NCBI GenBank assembly: GCA_965202625.1 | Contig: CBDBBI010000010.1 | Coordinates: 224,001-288,000 of the forward strand | Source of the DNA: a bacterium | GTDB lineage: Bacteria > UBA8248 | Direction of reading: 5' to 3' | Length of the DNA stretch: 64,000 bases | Shown here: piece by piece, positions 55,634-64,000 of the stretch | How positions within the stretch are numbered: position 1 is the stretch's first letter | Layout of the letters: each line of letters opens with the position of its first letter | Notes under the pieces: model-generated | Seen by the model: only the letters and a program-made list of their open reading frames with translations | Databases searched by the model: none | Told to the model about the DNA's origin: nothing | Program-made: the position numbers and the translations under genes

Positions 55634-56580
55634 GCATGGGGTCCGCAATAAAAATTCTGCATTCTCCGGAACCTTTTTTGTTTCATGAGAGTTTGTTGCG
55701 TTTTCGCACCTCGAGTGAAGATTTCATCAATTCGTATATGGATGGGGTTTACCGTAGGGTTTTGGAGGAAGCTAATGGCGCTTTGGTTTTTTTGGAAGCG
55801 GAACCGAAAGCGAAAGAGAGAAGGCTAGGGTGCCCGATTCGATTAAGAATTGTGAATGAAGGCCCAATGATGAAATCAACGCAAAGAGCGGGCTTGGACG
55901 CCATCAAGCATATCTTGTCTTTTGACCTTGATCTGAAGCCATTTTATAGGATGGCGAAAGACGACGCGGATTTGGCTCCCATTGTGAAAAGATTCAAGGG
56001 ACTCAAGCCGGTAAGGCACTTGAGCGCATTCGAGGCTCTTGTTACGGCAATCACGGCGCAACAGGTGAATTTGACGTTTGCCGGAGTGATACGAGGGCGC
56101 ATGGTGAAGCGATGGGGCAGGAAATTGCGTGTTGATGAACAAACGTATTACGCTTTTCCACGCCCGGAGCGTTTGGCGAGGGCGCGCGTGTCCACTTTTC
56201 GCGCCATGCAGTTTTCGGAGCGAAAGGCGGAATACGTGATTGGCGTGGCGCGCGCGGCTCTGGAGGGTCGTTTGGAAGAAGGCGAATTGCGTGCTCTGCC
56301 GATTGGTGAGGCGGTGAATCGCCTTACTGAGATACGAGGCGTAGGTCGTTGGACGGCTGAGCAAATGCTGTTTCGCGCCCTCGGCCGCGTGGAAGTGTTT
56401 CCTGGCGGAGATTTGGGAGTGCAGAAAGTCGTGGCGCATTATTGTTTTGGGAAGGAACGCGTGGATGAGAGGTGCGCGCGCGTCCGAGCGGATGGTTGGC
56501 ACCCGTGGGCTTCTCTGGCGACGACGTATTTGTTTGCCGCGTGGCGCGCGGGCGTCCCGCCTACGAGTGAGATGAAATGA
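55630..56580 (+). CDS. alkA: AlkA-family DNA-3-methyladenine glycosylase II
   Basis: FEALVTAITAQQV, FPRPE, HhH-GPD IRGVGRWTAE and FPGGDLG. Confidence 0.9.
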   Translation: MSMGSAIKILHSPEPFLFHESLLRFRTSSEDFINSYMDGVYRRVLEEANGALVFLEAEPKAKERRLGCPIRLRIVNEGPMMKSTQRAGLDAIKHILSFDLDLKPFYRMAKDDADLAPIVKRFKGLKPVRHLSAFEALVTAITAQQVNLTFAGVIRGRMVKRWGRKLRVDEQTYYAFPRPERLARARVSTFRAMQFSERKAEYVIGVARAALEGRLEEGELRALPIGEAVNRLTEIRGVGRWTAEQMLFRALGRVEVFPGGDLGVQKVVAHYCFGKERVDERCARVRADGWHPWASLATTYLFAAWRAGVPPTSEMK

Positions 56581-57746
56581 TGTCCTGGGAGATAGACGTG
56601 CGTACAAACAATTGTCGCGTTTCCATCGAAGAGCAGGAAAGAAATATTCTAGCGCCCTATGCTGCGCATAGTGCCGATAGTCTGGGACGGAGGCATCCGG
56701 AAACGGAGCACAACATGAGGACCGTTTTTCAGCGCGATCGCGACCGCATCATCCATACGCAGGCGTTCAGGAGGCTTGAGTATAAGACGCAAGTGTTTGT
56801 GAATCATGAGGGGGACCATTATCGCACGCGTCTGACGCACACTATCGAGGTAAGCCAAATTGCCCGTTCCATCGCCCGCGCGCTTGGCTTGAATGAAGAG
56901 CTCGCCGAGGCTGTCGCTCTCGCGCACGATTTAGGACACCCCCCTTTTGGTCATGCCGGAGAAAAGGTGCTGAATGAGCTCATGAGAGAGCACGGGGGGT
57001 TTGAGCATAATTTGCAAGCTTTGCGGATCGTCGAGATTTTAGAGAGGCGTTACCCGTCGTTTCCGGGTTTGAACCTGACATGGGAAACGCGCGAAGGAAT
57101 TATAAAGTATCTTGATCGCTACGAGGGTTTGATGCCTCCGGGTCTGACGAACGCCATCGCTCCCAGCTTGGAGGCCCAAGTAGTAGATGCGGCGGATGAG
57201 ATTGCATATAACAACCATGATCTGGACGATGGGCTATCGTCTCACCTGTTTGGCCCTGAGGATTTACGTGATACGCGGCTTTGGCGCGAGCATTATGAAA
57301 GCTCGAAAAAATCTTTTCCCAATTCTTCTTGGCGGGAGAGTAAACATGACGCCATTCGTCGAATCATCAACTCACAAGTCCAGGATATCATCACATCTGC
57401 GTGTGAGCGCATCAAGAGCCGAGGGTTGAGAAACATTTCGGATGTAAGAGAATTTGGGCACGAGGTAGTTGTCTTCAGTGAAGAGATGAATGAGAAAAAC
57501 GTCGAGCTCAAACGTTTTCTGATGGAGTGGATGTATACGAACGAGCGTGTCATAAAATTAGAAGAAAGTGCTCAAAAAACGTTGACTGGACTGTTTCATC
57601 TCTATATTGTGGACTTCAGCAAAATACCGGAGCATATACGACAACTTAAAAGAGCGAGTGGGCCGCACCGCATGGTCTGTGATTACGTCGCCGGTATGAC
57701 GGACCGCTATGCGCTGCAACATCATGAATTGTGGTTGGGGCCTTGA
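56577..57746 (+). CDS. dgt: Deoxyguanosinetriphosphate triphosphohydrolase
   Basis: FQRDRDRIIH..AFRRL..KTQVF, RTRLTH, AHDLGHPPFGHAGE and DYVAGMTD. Confidence 0.95.
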   Translation: MMSWEIDVRTNNCRVSIEEQERNILAPYAAHSADSLGRRHPETEHNMRTVFQRDRDRIIHTQAFRRLEYKTQVFVNHEGDHYRTRLTHTIEVSQIARSIARALGLNEELAEAVALAHDLGHPPFGHAGEKVLNELMREHGGFEHNLQALRIVEILERRYPSFPGLNLTWETREGIIKYLDRYEGLMPPGLTNAIAPSLEAQVVDAADEIAYNNHDLDDGLSSHLFGPEDLRDTRLWREHYESSKKSFPNSSWRESKHDAIRRIINSQVQDIITSACERIKSRGLRNISDVREFGHEVVVFSEEMNEKNVELKRFLMEWMYTNERVIKLEESAQKTLTGLFHLYIVDFSKIPEHIRQLKRASGPHRMVCDYVAGMTDRYALQHHELWLGP

Positions 57747-57845
57747 TATGCGTGGTCCCGCCTTAGCCCCAAAAAGAATGGGTAGAGAAAGAAAAACTTG
57801 AAACGGTGATTCGCCGATAATCGCCTCATATTTATCGTAGGGATG

Positions 57846-59288
57846 TCACTTCATTGGAAGGGCGGCGAAGATATTCATCCCTTTTCGCCTTAAAAGGAGC
57901 AGGACCGAGTCCCGAAGTCGCGACCTGTCAATGGCCGACTGAAATTCTTCCATTGTTTTTACTGATTTGTGATTCACCTCTTCAATTTCATCGCCAGGTC
58001 TGATTCCGCTGTTTTCCGCAATACCCCCTCGTCGAATGGAGGAGACCACCAATGTATTCTCCTCGTAATTCAATTCGAAGCGCTTGGCGAGATATGGAGT
58101 AAGCGCCTCTACTTTCATCCCCATGAGAGTCTGGTTGGTGGTCTTGCTCGAATGAGGTGTTTCAGGGCGACTTCCCAAGCGGACATAGACGCTCTCAAGA
58201 CGTTTTTCCCGATAATACTTCACCAACACAAGAGAATCAGGTTTTGTGCGGGCCACGATTCGGGGGAGACTCTGCCACGTGCTGACCAATTTTCCATTAA
58301 ATTCAACGATCACATCTCCTCCGCGCAAGCCAGCGCGATGGGCGGGACCGCCGCGCGTGACTTCGGTGAGTTTAGCGCCCTCAAAACGGGTAAGGCCAAG
58401 ACTTTTCCCCTCCTGCCGGGGTACCTCGGTCACTGCTGCTCCCAACCGGCCTCGTACAGGATAGCCTTTGTGGCGCAGAGCGTCGATAACGGTTTTGGCC
58501 TGATTTATCGGAATGGCGAAACCAACCCCTAAGCTCCAGGCGCGCGATCCTCTAGAGAATATGACCGTGTTGATGCCTATGACGGAGCCTTGCGTGTCAG
58601 CGAGCGGCCCGCCAGAGTTGCCCGGATTTATGGAAGCGTCAGTTTGGAGATATTCATCAAAGGGACCTTCTTTCAAGTCCCGATCTTTGGCGCTGATAAT
58701 TCCCACGGACACGGAATTCTCTAAACCAAAGGGGCTGCCAATCGCCAGAACCCACTGGCCGACCTCTATTTTATCGGAATCACCAAGAGGCGCAGCCTGA
58801 AGTTTGCTTGTTGAACTTATTTTTAATAATGCTAGGTCGGTTTTGTCATCTGTGCCCAGCAGACGGGGCGAGAACTCTTCGCCTTGATGGAGTTTCACCA
58901 GGATTTTTTCCGCATCTTTGATAACGTGGTGGTTCGTGAGGATATGACCTTCTGTTGAAACGATAATTCCCGAACCTATGTTGTAGTGGCCGCTAAAGGG
59001 CGCGTTGCCCTGCTCAAATTTGTGGGGATTATCTCTTCGGCGGCCTCTACCGAAGATGTTGAGTAGCGGGTGCCCTTCCGCATCTCTCGGCTTTATGTGG
59101 ATATGCACGACAGACGGTTGCAGTTTCTTGGCCGCCTCAATGATGAAGTGCTTCCCAAAGTGATGGCGTGTCGCGGCTGATGCGGATGATGAGCAGAATA
59201 CGAAAGCGGATAATAGGCAGATGGAGATATCTTGATATCGGCAGCGCATGTTCGAGTATGCCCTTATGGTTGAGTCTGAAACGCCCAC
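57846..59288 (-). CDS. DegP/DegQ (Do family) serine protease with two PDZ domains
   Basis: GSGII, LTNHHV, DLALLK and QTDASINPGNSGGPL. True start probably near 59249. Confidence 0.93.
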   Translation of the reverse strand: MGVSDSTIRAYSNMRCRYQDISICLLSAFVFCSSSASAATRHHFGKHFIIEAAKKLQPSVVHIHIKPRDAEGHPLLNIFGRGRRRDNPHKFEQGNAPFSGHYNIGSGIIVSTEGHILTNHHVIKDAEKILVKLHQGEEFSPRLLGTDDKTDLALLKISSTSKLQAAPLGDSDKIEVGQWVLAIGSPFGLENSVSVGIISAKDRDLKEGPFDEYLQTDASINPGNSGGPLADTQGSVIGINTVIFSRGSRAWSLGVGFAIPINQAKTVIDALRHKGYPVRGRLGAAVTEVPRQEGKSLGLTRFEGAKLTEVTRGGPAHRAGLRGGDVIVEFNGKLVSTWQSLPRIVARTKPDSLVLVKYYREKRLESVYVRLGSRPETPHSSKTTNQTLMGMKVEALTPYLAKRFELNYEENTLVVSSIRRGGIAENSGIRPGDEIEEVNHKSVKTMEEFQSAIDRSRLRDSVLLLLRRKGMNIFAALPMK

Positions 59289-59484
59289 AAGCGCCTGACG
59301 CGCCTAACTTTTGATATGCTAGCATTGTGTATTTCCAGGAGCAATCAATTTGACCGGGATTGGCTAAATTTGATATAGCGTATTCGCTTGATATTGGAGA
59401 ATTCAGCAAATCTGAGGTTTTCAACTAGAATCACGAGGTTTTGGCATTTACGCTATTTTCCTTCGCAGAGAGATTTTTCTAGCC

Positions 59485-61287
59485 GTGGTCATCGAGAAAA
59501 TTAGGAACTTTTCCATCATCGCGCATATAGATCATGGGAAATCTACGCTGGCGGATCGCATTTTGGAAATAACCGGAGCGCTTTCAAAACGTGAAATGGC
59601 TTCTCAGGTCCTGGATTCCATGGCGCTGGAGCAGGAGCGAGGCATCACGATCAAGGCGGCGACGGTTCGCATACTTTACCGTTCGCATCAGGGCGAGGAA
59701 TATATTTTTAACCTCATAGATACGCCTGGGCACGTGGATTTTCATTATGAAGTTTCCAGGAGCCTGCAGGCTTGCGAGGGCGCCTTGTTGCTCGTTGACG
59801 CCACCCAGGGGATACAGGCTCAAACGATGGCGAATGCGTATCTGGCTTTGGAACAGGACTTGGCTATCATACCCGTGATCAACAAAATTGACTTGCCAGC
59901 GGCGGACCCTGAACGCGTCATGAAACAAGTAGAAGACGTCATGGGGATGGATGGGGAAGAATGCCTGATGGTGAGCGCGAAACAAGGAGAGGGCGTGGAT
60001 GCGCTCCTCGAAGCGATTGTCGAGCGAATTCCGCATCCAAGTGGAGAACCACGAGGTCCTGCGCGAGGGCTCGTTATAGACTCTTGGTATGACTCTTACC
60101 AAGGTGCCATCCCATTATTCCGTATGTTTGAGGGAACCATTCGCAAGGGCGATGTAGTGAGGTTCATGTCGACTGCCGAAGAGTATCAAGTTTTGAGTTT
60201 GAGCACCTTTACGCCTCATGAGGTGAAGGTGAAGGAAATCGGGCCTGGCGAGGTGGGCGCATTGTCGGCTTCGATACGTGAGGTGAGTGATACCCGAGTG
60301 GGCGATACCATCACCCTTGCTGAAAAGCCCGCAAGAGAAGCCATTCGTGGTTTCCAGGAGCCAAAAGCAATGGTGTATAGCGGTTTGTATGCGTCTGATA
60401 GTGCCGAGTATGAAGATTTGAGGACGGCGCTCGAGAAGCTGAGGCTGAACGATTCGGCTTTCACCTATGAGCCTGAAACCTCGGTCGCTTTAGGTTTTGG
60501 TTTTAGGTGTGGGTTTTTGGGACTTCTTCATATGGAAATCATTCGCGAGAGGTTGGAGCGCGAATATGACCTCACTCTCATCATCACGGCCCCGACGGTG
60601 ATTTTTCGCGTTCTACTAAGCGATGGGGAGGTGGAAGAAATTGATAGCCCCGCGAAGCTTCCTCATCTATCTAGGATCGAAGCGATTGAGGAGCCTTTTA
60701 TTTTGGGGACCATACTCGTGCCCTCGGAATACGTAGGCGGCGTTCTGAGATTAGCGCAGGAGAAGCGAGGCATACAGCGTTCAATGAAATATCTTGATAC
60801 CGATACCGTGGAAATCGCTTACGAGCTGCCCTTCAGTGAGATTCTTTTCGATTTTTATGACAAATTGAAGTCCGTTTCTCGGGGATACGCGAGTTTCGAC
60901 TATGAACATCTGGGCTATCGCTCGGCGGAAGTGGTAAAACTGGATATTCTGCTGAATGGGCAGCCGATAGACCCATTTTCTACGATCATTCATAAAGAGA
61001 AGGCCTATTACCATGGGCGGGCGCTGGTGCAAAAAATGAAAAGGATTATTCCGCGGCAAATGTTTGAGGTTGTCATCCAGGCCGCGGTTGGAAATCGGGT
61101 GATAGCGCGGGAGACGATCCGGGCCTTGCGGAAAGATGTGACGGCGAAATGTTATGGTGGCGATATAACGCGAAAACGAAAACTGCTTGAAAAGCAGCGC
61201 GAGGGGAAAAAACGCATGAAAAATATCGGGACTGTGGAAGTGCCCCAAGAGGCGTTTATGGCGGTTTTGGATGTGGGTAAGGAGTAG
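59485..61287 (+). CDS. lepA: Elongation factor 4
   Basis: [39 protein letters not shown] and [17 protein letters not shown]. Confidence 0.98.
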   Translation: MVIEKIRNFSIIAHIDHGKSTLADRILEITGALSKREMASQVLDSMALEQERGITIKAATVRILYRSHQGEEYIFNLIDTPGHVDFHYEVSRSLQACEGALLLVDATQGIQAQTMANAYLALEQDLAIIPVINKIDLPAADPERVMKQVEDVMGMDGEECLMVSAKQGEGVDALLEAIVERIPHPSGEPRGPARGLVIDSWYDSYQGAIPLFRMFEGTIRKGDVVRFMSTAEEYQVLSLSTFTPHEVKVKEIGPGEVGALSASIREVSDTRVGDTITLAEKPAREAIRGFQEPKAMVYSGLYASDSAEYEDLRTALEKLRLNDSAFTYEPETSVALGFGFRCGFLGLLHMEIIRERLEREYDLTLIITAPTVIFRVLLSDGEVEEIDSPAKLPHLSRIEAIEEPFILGTILVPSEYVGGVLRLAQEKRGIQRSMKYLDTDTVEIAYELPFSEILFDFYDKLKSVSRGYASFDYEHLGYRSAEVVKLDILLNGQPIDPFSTIIHKEKAYYHGRALVQKMKRIIPRQMFEVVIQAAVGNRVIARETIRALRKDVTAKCYGGDITRKRKLLEKQREGKKRMKNIGTVEVPQEAFMAVLDVGKE

Positions 61288-61294
61288 TAAAAAC

Positions 61295-62023
61295 GTGTCG
61301 GATACGAGTTTGACAGCACGCAAGAGCGCGGCGCGTAAGCGAAAATCGAAATCCACGCTTCGCGAATATGCCGAAGCGATCGTTATCGCTTTGTTGCTGG
61401 CCATGTTCGTGCGCACCTTTGTAGTACAGGCGTTCAAGATACCCTCGGGCTCCATGGAAAACACCCTTCTTGTCGGAGATCATATACTCGTCAATAAATT
61501 TATATTCTGGTTCCGTGCTCCTCGGCGCGGAGATATTATCGTATTCAGGTTTCCTAAAGATGAACGGCGGGATTTCATCAAGCGCGTGATCGCGTTACCG
61601 GGTGAGGAGGTGATGATTCGCGGCAAAAAAGTGTTCATCAATTGCGCAACGCCGAATGCGCCGGAAAAATGCGAGCCTCTGGATGAGAAATACGTAGAGT
61701 TTAAAGCGAATGGCGGCGGCGAGGGTTTTGAAAGTCAATGGGGGCCTCAGAAAGTCCCCCCGGATCACCTCTTTATGCTAGGGGATAACCGAAACAACAG
61801 TCAAGACAGCCGTGTTTGGGGCTTTTTGAAAGTAGGCGAGCGCATAAATCATGTCCTTGTCCGTTTTTGGCATTATTCTTTTCGTGTACCTTTTCCGTGC
61901 TCGATATGGTCCGCGCCGTGTTGGGACGGCAAAATTCGCGGTTCCGCATTCATGATCTATTGGTCATGGAACGGGGATTCTGGCTCGCCACGTTGGGGCA
62001 GGCTGGCCAACATTCTTGGCTAG
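61295..62023 (+). CDS. lepB: Signal peptidase I
   Basis: FKIPSGSME.TL.VGD, FIKRVI and GDNRNNSQDSR, directly after lepA. Confidence 0.95.
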   Translation: MSDTSLTARKSAARKRKSKSTLREYAEAIVIALLLAMFVRTFVVQAFKIPSGSMENTLLVGDHILVNKFIFWFRAPRRGDIIVFRFPKDERRDFIKRVIALPGEEVMIRGKKVFINCATPNAPEKCEPLDEKYVEFKANGGGEGFESQWGPQKVPPDHLFMLGDNRNNSQDSRVWGFLKVGERINHVLVRFWHYSFRVPFPCSIWSAPCWDGKIRGSAFMIYWSWNGDSGSPRWGRLANILG

Positions 62024-62145
62024 TCAAGTTTGTTGCGTCCCCGCTCACTTGCCGTCGTATGGTCTCCACAAAGCGTGGGGGACCAATCGTGGTAGATACT
62101 ATTAAGGCCCCAAGCAATAGCGCAAAAGATGAATGGTCCCTCATC

Positions 62146-63033
62146 CTAAAACATCTCCCAAGGAACACATTTTGTATGAGAGCCTATGGGACGCCAGGCT
62201 CCCATGTCCGAATGAGGGCCATATAATATCATAGTGCGTGGTGCATAGAGGGAGGCGAGGTGGGAAACGCCGGAATCCCCCCCAATATAAGCGGATGACG
62301 TTGAAAGCAGTGCGCTTAGGGGTTTGGGTAGGGTGTCCTTGATGACGCGGATCGGCTCGCCCCAAAATTTTTGAAATTCCTTGCAAGCGATGGGATCCGC
62401 CGGCCCTTCCACCAGAACGGGTTGGTGCCCGGTTTCCTCCGCATGTTCGCGACCTATTCTGGTCAGAATTTCCGGCGGCGCCCATTTTTTTTCGCTTCCG
62501 CCTCCGGAATGCATAATGAAGAAATGGGATGCTTCTATATCATGTTTATTCAATATATTATGTGCTAACACCAAACTGTTTCTCGATGCTTTCAGCTTCA
62601 TGTTTCCGAGATCGCTTGTGCCCACTGATGGCCATGGGCGTGTCATCCACTCGGAGACGTGAACATTCTCCTCCTCAGGGGGAAAGGGCGGGTGGATGTA
62701 GCATTGTTTTAATCTGTTTAAATTCAGCCGGTTAGCAAGTTCTCCTGAACGGTCCGCCGTATAGAACGCGCACTTGTCATATCTCTTGATGAGTGGGGAC
62801 AGTACATCATTTTCCGAGGGCCGCTCAGAATATAAAAGATGAAAAGGCGCCGCTCCGCCATTGAGAATTTCGTGAACCAGCCCGGCGTCAAGCAGGGGTG
62901 CAGCGTAGGTGGGATTTGCGGCCAAGGCGATGCGGATGTTTTTGTTATGAGCCGCTAGCTGTTTGAATAACAAGGATAATAGCAGCGTATCCCCGAAAGC
63001 TCCCATACGGTAGATGAGAATGTCGCCGGCCAA
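62146..63033 (-). CDS. Glycosyltransferase family 9 (heptosyltransferase-like)
   Basis: RMGAFGD, HSGGGSEKKW and IGGDSGVSHLA...LYGP. Confidence 0.85.
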   Translation of the reverse strand: MAGDILIYRMGAFGDTLLLSLLFKQLAAHNKNIRIALAANPTYAAPLLDAGLVHEILNGGAAPFHLLYSERPSENDVLSPLIKRYDKCAFYTADRSGELANRLNLNRLKQCYIHPPFPPEEENVHVSEWMTRPWPSVGTSDLGNMKLKASRNSLVLAHNILNKHDIEASHFFIMHSGGGSEKKWAPPEILTRIGREHAEETGHQPVLVEGPADPIACKEFQKFWGEPIRVIKDTLPKPLSALLSTSSAYIGGDSGVSHLASLYAPRTMILYGPHSDMGAWRPIGSHTKCVPWEMF

Positions 63034-63036
63034 CTT

Positions 63037-63867
63037 TCACGCTCTGTGGAGGATGAATTCCACGGCTTGGGCGATTTGGGCGAATTCGTGGGCGTCCAGC
63101 GTCTCGGCGCGCCGCCTCGGGTCGATACCCAATCCTTTGAGGAGGTCCCGTAAACCCTCCGGCTGGAATCCGCGTCGGTTCTTTTTTTCGAACTTGAATA
63201 TATTCAGTGATTTCAGATTATTGAGCAGCGTCTTTCTGCGGTGGGCGAAGCCCGCCTGGATAATCCGAAAATAGAGGTTCTCATCCGCTACTTTCACTTG
63301 AGGCGCGTTTCTGGCTTCCAGACGCATGATCGCTGAATCGACTTTCGGCGGCGGCCGAAACGCGCCTGGGGGCACTACTTGGCACAGCTTCGCTTCGTAG
63401 CGATAGCCCACCCAAAGGGTGAGCGAGCCATAGCCTTTTCCACCTGGTCTAGCGCAAATCCTCTCGCCCACCTCGCGTTGCACCATCAAGACCATGAGAG
63501 GAAAATTTTCAATATTTTCAATAAGTTGTGAGATGATACTTGAGGCGATATGGTAAGGTAGATTCGCCACCAGTTTCATCCTTGTTGGAAGCATTGAGTA
63601 GTCGATTCGGAGTGCATCGTCGTGTTGCAGATGAAATCGTTCGTGCGTGTTTTCGAGAATTCGCAGAGCGGGAATGAGTGCGTCATCTATCTCCACTCCG
63701 CGGACGTTCGCTCCGGCATTGAGCAGGAATTGTGTGAGAGAACCTCCGCCCACTCCGATTTCCAACACATCCTCTCCCGGGACAATACCTGCTAATTCAA
63801 TGATTTGTGTCAGATATTTCCTCTCGTGGAGGAAGTGTTGGCCAAGTTTTTTCTTGAAGTTTACCAT
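63037..63867 (-). CDS. rsmA: 16S rRNA m6,2A dimethyltransferase
   Basis: KKLGQHFL, LEIGVG.G.LT, VANLPY, MVQREV, FRPPPKVDS and FAHRRKTL. Confidence 0.96.
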   Translation of the reverse strand: MVNFKKKLGQHFLHERKYLTQIIELAGIVPGEDVLEIGVGGGSLTQFLLNAGANVRGVEIDDALIPALRILENTHERFHLQHDDALRIDYSMLPTRMKLVANLPYHIASSIISQLIENIENFPLMVLMVQREVGERICARPGGKGYGSLTLWVGYRYEAKLCQVVPPGAFRPPPKVDSAIMRLEARNAPQVKVADENLYFRIIQAGFAHRRKTLLNNLKSLNIFKFEKKNRRGFQPEGLRDLLKGLGIDPRRRAETLDAHEFAQIAQAVEFILHRA

Positions 63868-64000
63868 AGAGGACCGAGTACTGGTTGGGGAGATGGACGC
63901 GCGTGCTTCGCTTCAAGGGAGCCTCGCCCCTTCTCATGGGGGAAATGCGCTATTTCCGCTCCCTTTTCTTCGCGAGTTCTCCGTGAATTTTCATACATTC

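Overview
This is a 64 kb bacterial chromosome segment, GC-rich in its left three-quarters and visibly more AT-rich from about 51.5 kb. SurA and a GT9 glycosyltransferase suggest a diderm, but the lineage cannot be fixed from sequence alone. Most of the window is housekeeping and metabolism: CCA-adding enzyme, pdxA-like, aroF, rodZ, mfd, surA, pyrR-pyrB-pyrC-carA-carB, tal/fsa, gdh, alkA, dgt, degP, lepA-lepB and rsmA. Accessory or unusual parts: (1) a Type I R-M operon (hsdM-hsdS-hsdR) with a translationally coupled HamA-like PD-(D/E)xK nuclease and Ski2-like helicase inserted between hsdS and hsdR, flanked by a decayed Phd antitoxin and a degenerate tRNA-fMet 3' att relic; (2) a selenium-dependent molybdenum hydroxylase accessory operon (ridA-yqeB-AAA+-vWA-yqeC-xdhC) in which a CbbQ/NorQ-type ATPase and vWA partner sit between yqeB and yqeC; (3) an unannotated Phe/Tyr leader-peptide attenuator in front of DAHP synthase; (4) a Type II R-M cassette (beta-class amino-MTase plus Eco47II-like REase) splitting carA from carB; (5) two PyrR paralogues with complementary motif losses; (6) a SurA with a C2-like C-terminal extension; (7) a decaying NodIJ-like ABC exporter. 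All calls come from motif recognition by eye. No database searches were run.
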